Shown: piece after piece, positions 1-6,868 of the stretch | How the letters are laid out: each line of letters begins with the position of its first letter | Position numbering within the stretch: position 1 is the stretch's first letter | Assembly (NCBI GenBank): GCA_041288095.1 | Contig: JBGGMJ010000050.1 | Coordinates: 1 to 21,460 of the forward strand | Reading direction: 5' to 3' | Source: Myxococcota bacterium | GTDB taxonomy: Bacteria > Myxococcota > XYA12-FULL-58-9 > JALHOP01 | DNA length: 21,460 nt | Made by a program: the position numbers and the translations under genes | Notes under the pieces: generated by a model | What the model saw: only the letters and a program-made list of their open reading frames with translations | The model's database searches: none | What the model was told of the DNA's origin: nothing

Positions 1-257
1 ACCGCGATCGGAGGTTCGTTCGCGGGCCGCCCAACCTCGCCGCGGCCATAGTCGGCGGGGCCGCTTTGCAGCGCCGCGAGCAGGAGCCCGTCGTGGGCGG
101 GATCAAAGGCGACGTCGAGCGCCACCGCGTTGGTGCCGGGAAAGTTCTGCAGGCTGCGGATGGCGCCGCTGCCGAGCTCGGTGGGGTCCGGCCCGTTGCC
201 GCCGCACGCGAGCGCGGTCGCGCAGGCGCAGACGATGAGGGTTCGCAAGGTCGTCAC
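1..257 (-). CDS. Putative lipoprotein, 5' part (runs off the left edge)
   Basis: Manual translation from GTG at 257 gives (M)TTLRTLIVCACATALACGGNGPDPTELGSGAIRSLQNFPGTNAVALDVAFDPAHDGLLLAALQSGPADYGRGEVGRPANEPPIA..., with no stop to the edge. It has a basic residue, a hydrophobic stretch and the lipobox ALA-C followed by GG. Confidence 0.7.
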   Translation of the reverse strand, partial: MTTLRTLIVCACATALACGGNGPDPTELGSGAIRSLQNFPGTNAVALDVAFDPAHDGLLLAALQSGPADYGRGEVGRPANEPPIA

Positions 258-280
258 GGCGCGTAGATAGGGTACGCGCC
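258..280. other. Short inverted repeat (8-bp stem, 7-nt loop) between the orphan gene and the lipoprotein gene
   Basis: GGCGCGTA-gataggg-TACGCGCC; no U-tract; directly abuts the GTG at 257. Confidence 0.45.
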
Positions 281-298
281 CGCAACAATCCAGAGCGC

Positions 299-1810
299 CT
301 AGGTACGGACTTGGGTGCCGCGCCGCGCGAGCTGGGTGCGCGCGTCGTGCTCGACCATGTCGCGCATGAGCTGCACGACCTGCGGACGTGACCGGCGGGC
401 CTCCATGTTGGCGTCTTCGCGCGCCTGCATGTCGGGACGACTGCCACCCGTGAGGCGAGCGAAGCCGCGCATGATCTCGTTCTGCGCGACCATGTTGCGA
501 CGCATGACGCCGAACTGACCGTCGTCGGTCTTGCCCTCGTGGATCGCGTTTTGCGCGTCGAGGAGCGCCGACCGCATCTGCAAGGCGCGCATGCGCAGCT
601 CGTAGGCCTGCACCATCATCTCGGCGGCTTGCGCGAGCACGCCTTGGATGGCGCCAGCCTCGGGGAAGGCGCCCATCATCTCGCTCAACGCCTGCTGATC
701 CGCCGCGTTCGCGGCGAGACCGATGGACATCATGCTGAGCGGATCGATCTGCGAGGCTTGGTGCTCCATGATGGCCTTGACGATGGCCTCACCGCCTTGG
801 TCTTTCACCTGGGCGTAGATCTCCGGCGGCAGGAGCTTCTCGGCCTTCTCCGGGTGGAGGTCGAGGAACTTGGTGATCACGTTGCCGCTCTCACCGTTCG
901 CTTGCATCTCGAGCGCGAGCTTGCCGAGCGCCTCGCCGTCGGCGTTCGAGATGTTGATGCCCGCGGCCTCGAGCATGGTGCGGGCTCGCCCTTCGGCTGC
1001 GTCGGCGCGTGCGTGGGCGTCCGCGGCCGCGGACGTGTCACCGCGCGCGAGAGCGTTCATCTCTTCTTGGCTGGCGCGCGCGGCGTCGCCGATGGCGCGG
1101 CTGGCGCTGTCGTAGATCGACATCCACATCTGCGCCGTGTTCTCGTCGACGCTCGAGCCCGTGCCCGAGCTCGACCCGCTGCCTTCGAGCTCTTGCAGCA
1201 TCGCCTCGATCTCGCCGCCGCTCTGACCGTTGGCTTCGAGCGCGTCGCGGATCATCTGCCCTGCTTGCTGCTCGAGCTGTTGGGCTTGGCTTTCCAAGGC
1301 CTCCGGGCTCTGATTGGCCAGCGCGCGCTCGATCTTGAACGCGGCTTCGCGCAGGTAGTGCTTCGCCTGGTTGAGGAAGCCCTCGATGTCCTGATTGGTG
1401 CTCATGTTGGTCGTTTCGAGCTTCAGAAACGACGCGGTCATCGAGTCGGAGTCGTTGTTCTCGGCGAAGTCGAGCGCGTGCAAGTTATCGATGAACGAAC
1501 GGGCGGCGGCGTTGGGGTCGAGCGTGTTGCTGCCCGTCAGGCGCGAGACCGGGGTCGTTGCTTGCGAGGCGCCTTCGGAGCCTCGCCCGGTGACCGTCAG
1601 CGTCCCGCGCTCGTTGACCGCGCGTGCTTCCGAGGTGTCTTCGACCATCTGGGTTGGTCGTAGGCCCGTGGTCGTGGTGTCGCCTACTCGCGACGTCGAT
1701 GACCCGCGCGTGATATTGGCCTGGTCGGTACGCTCGGCTTCCTGGCGCTGATCAGCAGCGGTAGGAGCCCGTCCGAGACGAACGTTACTGGGTTGTCGAA
1801 TGTCACTCAT
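299..1810 (-). CDS. Hypothetical protein, 503 aa, Ala/Gln/Glu/Met-rich and probably helical, with a Ser/Thr-rich N-terminus
   Basis: Long ORF with ATG preceded by an SD-like GAGGA. Composition is unlike the Arg/Pro-rich shadow frames. No family motif recognised. Confidence 0.85.
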   Translation of the reverse strand: MSDIRQPSNVRLGRAPTAADQRQEAERTDQANITRGSSTSRVGDTTTTGLRPTQMVEDTSEARAVNERGTLTVTGRGSEGASQATTPVSRLTGSNTLDPNAAARSFIDNLHALDFAENNDSDSMTASFLKLETTNMSTNQDIEGFLNQAKHYLREAAFKIERALANQSPEALESQAQQLEQQAGQMIRDALEANGQSGGEIEAMLQELEGSGSSSGTGSSVDENTAQMWMSIYDSASRAIGDAARASQEEMNALARGDTSAAADAHARADAAEGRARTMLEAAGINISNADGEALGKLALEMQANGESGNVITKFLDLHPEKAEKLLPPEIYAQVKDQGGEAIVKAIMEHQASQIDPLSMMSIGLAANAADQQALSEMMGAFPEAGAIQGVLAQAAEMMVQAYELRMRALQMRSALLDAQNAIHEGKTDDGQFGVMRRNMVAQNEIMRGFARLTGGSRPDMQAREDANMEARRSRPQVVQLMRDMVEHDARTQLARRGTQVRT

Positions 1811-1865
1811 GGCGATCCTCGTCGGCTAACACCTGTACTTACACGACCTGGCTGGGGGGTGGCTC

Positions 1866-2393
1866 GTGCGCAATGCGATCGTCGTCGACACTGCCCTCGG
1901 AACGTGTGGATTTTCTTGGGGAGCGCAGGGCGTGCAGCGTTTCTCCTTGCCGCAAGAATCGCAAAAAGCGCTGTTACGGCGGGTAGGTGCGGAACCTTGC
2001 GACGTCGACGTCCCCGGGTGGGTCATCGAGCTGGCGGCGCGGGTTCGACGGCATCTCGACGGCAAGCTCGACGATTTTCGCGATGTTCTCATCGATTTTT
2101 CAGAGGCTTCCGTCTTCGAAGCGACGGTTTATCGGGCCTTGCGCGGCGTTGGCCCCGGGGAAACCACTACGTATGGCACCCTCGCCGCGATCATTGGCGA
2201 GCCTGGAGCCGCCAGAGCGTTGGGACGGGCCATGGCGACCAATCCGGTCCCACTCCTGGTGCCCTGTCATCGGGTGCTCGCGGCCGGCGGCAAAGTTGGT
2301 GGCTTCTCCGCGTACGGCGGCTCGGTGACCAAGGAGCGCCTGCTCGCGATCGAGGGCGTGAGATGGTCGCGTCAGGGTGACCTATTCGCTTGA
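1866..2393 (+). CDS. ogt: Methylated-DNA--protein-cysteine S-methyltransferase
   Basis: Active-site LLVPCHRV motif; GETTTYG...AARALGRAMATNP helix-turn-helix region; GGFSAYGG...KERLLAIE C-terminus. Confidence 0.93.
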   Translation: MRNAIVVDTALGTCGFSWGAQGVQRFSLPQESQKALLRRVGAEPCDVDVPGWVIELAARVRRHLDGKLDDFRDVLIDFSEASVFEATVYRALRGVGPGETTTYGTLAAIIGEPGAARALGRAMATNPVPLLVPCHRVLAAGGKVGGFSAYGGSVTKERLLAIEGVRWSRQGDLFA

Positions 2394-2460
2394 GAGAGTG
2401 TCCGAGCGTCGCGGCATGGTCGTGTTGCCCGCCGCGCGGGTCGTGCTAAGTTTCCTCGTC

Positions 2461-2865
2461 GTGCCAAAAGACCGCCGCAGCTCCGACCGTCGCACCAGCG
2501 AATCATCCATCGTCAAAACGCCGCGCCGCAGGACCGAACGCCGCAATGCCGAGCGGCGGCTCGACGAGCGCATCACCCTGGATCTCTGGATCGAGCAAGA
2601 AGCAGGGCCCGAGGTCTCGTACCGCCACGTCGGAGACCTGTCCGCTGGTGGCGTACGCCTCGATCACGGCTTCTCGTACCCGGTCGGCTCACGCGTGAAG
2701 CTGCGGTTCGCGCTGCCCGACGACCCGAAACAGATCGAGGTGGCCGCCGACGTCGTGGCGGTGAGCCCGGAAGAGAGCCGGCATCATACGAGCCTGCGCT
2801 TCGTCGATCTCGCGGGTGAAGATCACATCCGCATCACGAAGTTCATCGACAAGGGCAGAGGCTAG
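2461..2865 (+). CDS. PilZ-domain protein (c-di-GMP receptor candidate), about 134 aa
   Basis: ERRLDER (RxxxR) and GDLSAGG (DxSxxG) motifs plus a VKLRFALP...LRFVDL beta-barrel pattern. The start is uncertain; GTG 2461 was chosen because TGcTAAGTT lies 8 nt upstream and it avoids overlap with ogt. Confidence 0.85.
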   Translation: MPKDRRSSDRRTSESSIVKTPRRRTERRNAERRLDERITLDLWIEQEAGPEVSYRHVGDLSAGGVRLDHGFSYPVGSRVKLRFALPDDPKQIEVAADVVAVSPEESRHHTSLRFVDLAGEDHIRITKFIDKGRG

Positions 2866-2882
2866 AGCGCCTTCGGCAAACC

Positions 2883-2925
2883 AAAAAGAAACGGAGAGCT
2901 TGGGTTTGATCCCGTGCTCTCCGTT
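2883..2925 (-). terminator. Rho-independent terminator of the cold-shock gene
   Basis: Stem AACGGAGAGC (2890-2899) / GCTCTCCGTT (2916-2925) with an inner GGG/CCC pairing, followed on the minus strand by TCTTTTT. Confidence 0.8.
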
Positions 2926-2975
2926 GCGATTGCGGTGCGACGCGCTTCTCACGCGTCGCGCCTCACGATTGGTTC

Positions 2976-3203
2976 TTAGGCCGTCGGGCGAACGCCCTGA
3001 GCCTGGAGACCCTTCTGGCCACGGACGACGTCGAACACGACGCGCTGTCCTTCGGCGAGGGTCTTGAAGCCCGAGCCTTCAATGGCCGAGAAGTGCACGA
3101 ACACGTCCTCAGAGCCATTCGCCGGCGTAATGAAGCCGAAGCCCTTCGCGTCGTTGAACCACTTCACGGTGCCTTCTTGGGAATTACCCTGCTGCTGCTG
3201 CAT
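2976..3203 (-). CDS. cspA: Cold-shock protein (CspA family)
   Basis: [15 protein letters not shown] (RNP1), DVFVHFSAI (RNP2), [16 protein letters not shown]. The exact paralog name cannot be determined. Confidence 0.96.
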   Translation of the reverse strand: MQQQQGNSQEGTVKWFNDAKGFGFITPANGSEDVFVHFSAIEGSGFKTLAEGQRVVFDVVRGQKGLQAQGVRPTA

Positions 3204-3323
3204 CTCAAACTCACTCTTTTTTCAAAAACGCGCTAACACGCGTTGCGCATGGAAACCATGCGGTGTTCTTTCAAGCCTGAGGTGGGATGAAGCAGCCCTG
3301 AAACAACGAAGCACTTCATTCTA
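3204..3323 (-). promoter_or_regulatory. Putative -10 box (TAGAAT, 3318-3323) and about 110-nt structured 5' UTR of the csp gene
   Basis: The minus strand has TAGAAT, then hairpins ATGAAG...CTTCAT, GCATGG-ttt-CCATGC and AACGCG-tgttag-CGCGTT, then an A/T-rich tract before ATG. Long structured leaders are typical of csp mRNAs. Confidence 0.55.
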
Positions 3324-3559
3324 TCTAGCCGCGTGGACGCGGAGTCGATGCCAGCCCGGACCCGAGAGCACGTGTTTCCCCGACAGACAGGGCTCCACGT
3401 ACTCCCTGACGCGTCTACGCTAAAGCTGTTTAGGTTGGCAAGTGTTCTTTTTCGGGATGGGGGCCGGCAAACCGCGTGCAACGGCCTTCCGCGCGATTTT
3501 TCCTTCGATCCGACCGGGATGTTAGGAGATGAAGAGGTTTCGACTCCGAGGACGACGTT

Positions 3560-4693
3560 TTGCGTGAGAGCCACCGCATCTTCCTGGTGCCCGGCTTCTT
3601 CGGGTTCGCGAACCTAGGGGAGCTGCTCTACTTCTCGCACGTCTGCGAGTTCCTCTCCGAGGTGTTCGCCGAGCACGGCATGCACGCGGAGATCATCCCG
3701 GTGCACACGTTTCCCACCGCGTCGATTCGTGAGCGGGCGCGGCGGTTGCTCGAGGTGGTCAACGAGACGGCCGGCCACGACGACGGGCCCATTCACATCA
3801 TCGGTCACTCGAGCGGCGGCCTCGACGTGCGTCTCATGGTGTCACCGCACGCGCAGCTCGGGGAGGGTCTCGACGTCGAGCGCTTGGCCAGTCGGGTGCG
3901 CACCGTGGTGACCCTGGCGACGCCCCATCACGGTACGCCCCTGGCGACGTACTTCAACACCATGTTCGGCTCGCGCATCTTGCGCTTGATGTCGCTGTCG
4001 ACGATGTATGTTCTCCGTTATGGCAGACTGCCCCTGTCGTTCTTGCTCAAGCTCGGGGGCTTGCTGGCGCGCGCGGACTCGCTGCTGCGGCGGGCCAACG
4101 GCGTACTCGATCAGCTCTTCACCCAGTTGCTGAGCGACCTGTCGGAGGACCGACACCGCGCCCTCACGAGCTTCTTCAACGAGGTGAGTGGCGATCAGTC
4201 GCTTATTGGTCAGCTCACACCCGAAGGGCTCGACCTGTTCAACGCCGGCACCGTCGACCGGCCCAGTGTCCGCTATGGCTGTGTGGTGACGATGGCGAAG
4301 CCTCCCACCATGCGGATGCGCCTTGCCCTGGGCCCCGACCTCTACGGGCAGGTGACGCACACCGCCTTCGCGTGGCTCTACCGCCGCAACTCGGACATGC
4401 CGCCGAATCGCGTGGCGCGGCTAACGCCCAAGCAGAGCATGAAGTTGCGGGCGTCGTTCGGGCGCATTCCCACGCCGGAAGACAACGACGGCATCGTGCC
4501 GACGCTTTCACAGCCGTGGGGCGAGGTGATCACCGCGGTGCAGGCCGACCATCTCGATATCATCGGTCACTTCGACGACCGCGCCCACTACCCGCCGCAC
4601 TACGACTGGCTCGTGACCGGGAGCGGCTTCGACCGGCGGCGCTTCGAGCGTTTGTGGACCAACGTCGCGGCGTTCATCGCCGAGCAGCGTTAG
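3560..4693 (+). CDS. Lipase/esterase, alpha/beta-hydrolase fold
   Basis: FLVPGFFGF oxyanion region, IIGHSSGGLD nucleophile elbow, TLATPHHGTP, DNDGIVP (Asp), ADHLD (His). TTG start with GAGGA upstream. Confidence 0.88.
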   Translation: MRESHRIFLVPGFFGFANLGELLYFSHVCEFLSEVFAEHGMHAEIIPVHTFPTASIRERARRLLEVVNETAGHDDGPIHIIGHSSGGLDVRLMVSPHAQLGEGLDVERLASRVRTVVTLATPHHGTPLATYFNTMFGSRILRLMSLSTMYVLRYGRLPLSFLLKLGGLLARADSLLRRANGVLDQLFTQLLSDLSEDRHRALTSFFNEVSGDQSLIGQLTPEGLDLFNAGTVDRPSVRYGCVVTMAKPPTMRMRLALGPDLYGQVTHTAFAWLYRRNSDMPPNRVARLTPKQSMKLRASFGRIPTPEDNDGIVPTLSQPWGEVITAVQADHLDIIGHFDDRAHYPPHYDWLVTGSGFDRRRFERLWTNVAAFIAEQR

Positions 4694-4710
4694 CGGATGC
4701 GCTCTCTCGG

Positions 4711-5811
4711 CTAGTCCGCCGCGAGGAGGGTGACGATGCGCTCGAGAGCCCCAGAGCGCGGGTCACTGGCGATGTCGACGTGCGAACCCTGGTACTGCGG
4801 CATGACCGCGTTGAAGGCGGCGAGCATCGCCTCGTCCGGCGGTTGGGTTCGCATCTCGACTTCGAGGCGCGCTCTCAAGACCTGCGCGTAAGCGTCGCTC
4901 TGCAATGCGCGCGCGTAGTTGCGCGCCATCGGCTCGCCGGGCAGGGCCCCACCCGTGAGGTAGGTCGCGATAGCGGACCGATCCGGCCGAGAGAAATCGT
5001 AGAGGTTGTGCGACAGGCCGGCTCTGCCGTCGGGGCTGCGCGCGGCGATATTCGAGATACTCACGCGGGGAAGATCGGTGGCGTAAAGGCCCTCCCACAT
5101 GGGGCTCGACGCCATCATGTCGGTGAGCCCAGCGTGGCCGAACCAGCGCATGAACATGCCGATGAGTCGCGGCAGCCAGGGCTGCGTCCAGGTTGGCCCG
5201 TCGTATTGGCCGGCCTGTGACGTGTCCATGTTTTGCACGCGCACGCTCGGAAAGCCGGCGCGCGGCGTCCCCGATTGTTGCAGGTGATTCAAGGCGATGC
5301 GCGCCACGATACCACCCATGCTGTGGCCGACGATCTCCAGCGGCTCGTCGCGATGCTGGGTATTCGCGTAAAGTTGCCGCAACTCGCGCGCCAGGTGTTG
5401 GCCGCTCTCGGTCGTCGAATGACCGTTATCGTTGTATGCGAAGATGTAGACTTGGCGGCCGGCCTGCGTGAGTTGATCCGCTAAAGCGGTGAGCTCCGCG
5501 CCGGAGCTGTTCACGCCGTGGACCAGGACCACGGGGCGGGCGCGTGGGTCGAGCTGACGGTAGGCAACCAACGCCGGTCCGCCTTGTCGCTCGAGGATCT
5601 CGCCTTCGGTCTCTTCGTTGATGACCTCGGTCATAAGCGTCGGTCGGCGGAAGGCAGCGTCCAGCGGGCTGACCGTTCGCGGTGGCCCGCCGGCGTGAGG
5701 AGCCAGCGGCGCGACCGGGCGAACGACCTGCTCGGCTCGCTCGCCGGCTTCACTGGGCGTTACGGTCCAAAGTCTGACGAGGCCGGTGGGACTTACTGGG
5801 TTGCTGGTCAT
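4711..5811 (-). CDS. Alpha/beta hydrolase (lipase/esterase-like) with Pro-rich N-terminal extension
   Basis: VVLVHGVNS, VYIFAYND, IVGHSMGG nucleophile elbow, candidate catalytic His in GSHVD. Confidence 0.82.
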   Translation of the reverse strand: MTSNPVSPTGLVRLWTVTPSEAGERAEQVVRPVAPLAPHAGGPPRTVSPLDAAFRRPTLMTEVINEETEGEILERQGGPALVAYRQLDPRARPVVLVHGVNSSGAELTALADQLTQAGRQVYIFAYNDNGHSTTESGQHLARELRQLYANTQHRDEPLEIVGHSMGGIVARIALNHLQQSGTPRAGFPSVRVQNMDTSQAGQYDGPTWTQPWLPRLIGMFMRWFGHAGLTDMMASSPMWEGLYATDLPRVSISNIAARSPDGRAGLSHNLYDFSRPDRSAIATYLTGGALPGEPMARNYARALQSDAYAQVLRARLEVEMRTQPPDEAMLAAFNAVMPQYQGSHVDIASDPRSGALERIVTLLAAD

Positions 5812-5856
5812 ACTGCCTGGATAAGCTTAACCGAGCCGAGCCACCTTGGCTCCCTG

Positions 5857-6804
5857 TCAGAACTGCCCGAAAACGCTGACCCCTGTCGTCGTGTCAGTGA
5901 CCTGCGGCAGCAGGCTCACCTTCAGCTCGCTCTTGGGTAGGGGATTCCACTCATAGTGCAGGTACGTGGGGATGGCGTACCCGGCGGCGAGCCCGATGAG
6001 CGTGCCCAGCACCATGTCGCTCACGTAGTGTTTGTCCGCCATCATGCGCAGCACGCCCTGGATGCCCGTGAGCGTGAGCATGCTGCCACAAGCGAAGTCG
6101 TCCCAGAAGCCACCACCGTAGAGCGGCACGTGCTGGTGATGCGCGCAGGTGAGCCCGGCGGCGGTCGCGACGACGGAGACGTGACCCGACAGGAAGCTCG
6201 AGTAGTTGCCGAACGCGCCGATGTTGTCGCAGCCGTAGTAGTAGCCGGGGTCGTTCGAGCATCGCGCGAGCGCCGGACGGTCGCGCGCGACGAAGCGGTG
6301 CCCCATGCGCACGATGAGCGTCGAGACCGCGAAGGCCTGCACGTTCATCATGCTCATCTGCCACATGGTCTCGGGATCACGGTGGACGAGGAGCGGCACG
6401 AGGATGCCGTCGAGCAGGTAAGGGTACCACTGCGAGTTGAAGAGGATGTGATCGCTGATGTCGGCGGCTTCATCGCGGCCGTGCACCGTGTTGAGGCTGA
6501 AGAAGTCGGCGATGGGCCCCTCGAACTGATTGCGACCGCCGATGCTGACCAGCCGCTCGTGGACGTTGAGCTGCTCGAAGCCGATCAAGGCGCCCGCCGT
6601 CAACACGGTGCCGGCGTAGTCGAAGACTCCGAACTTGCGCCAATGCGGTTGCCAGAGCTCGTTTTTCCAGAAGCCTTTTTCGGCCACGGGCACGGGTGGA
6701 GGCGCTTGCGAGGGCGGGGCCTCCGTGGTCGGCGGCTCTACACCCGCTTCGGGAATTTCGCCTTGCGCCAAGAGAACGACGACGCAGAGTAACGCGACCG
6801 ACAT
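5857..6804 (-). CDS. PAP2-family phosphatase with signal peptide
   Basis: HRFVARDRP (C1-like), SFLSGH (C2), LRMMADKHYVSD (C3); hydrophobic helices; N-terminal MSVALLCVVVLLAQ. Start set at ATG 6804 (alternative TTG 6813). Confidence 0.85.
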   Translation of the reverse strand: MSVALLCVVVLLAQGEIPEAGVEPPTTEAPPSQAPPPVPVAEKGFWKNELWQPHWRKFGVFDYAGTVLTAGALIGFEQLNVHERLVSIGGRNQFEGPIADFFSLNTVHGRDEAADISDHILFNSQWYPYLLDGILVPLLVHRDPETMWQMSMMNVQAFAVSTLIVRMGHRFVARDRPALARCSNDPGYYYGCDNIGAFGNYSSFLSGHVSVVATAAGLTCAHHQHVPLYGGGFWDDFACGSMLTLTGIQGVLRMMADKHYVSDMVLGTLIGLAAGYAIPTYLHYEWNPLPKSELKVSLLPQVTDTTTGVSVFGQF

Positions 6805-6868
6805 CAGGACCAAGCTATATCGTGCATCACTCTAGAGAAAGCCCGCTTGCGCGTGTAAGTGCGGCGGC

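Noticed and set aside
1818..1845. Possible sigma28 promoter (TAAG...GCCGACGA) upstream of the orphan gene
   Set aside because: The spacer is 11 nt rather than about 15 from the TAAA-like element, and the -10 candidate overlaps the SD, leaving no room for a leader.
3430..3455. TTGGCA as a sigma54 -24 element
   Set aside because: No TTGC -12 element at the required spacing.
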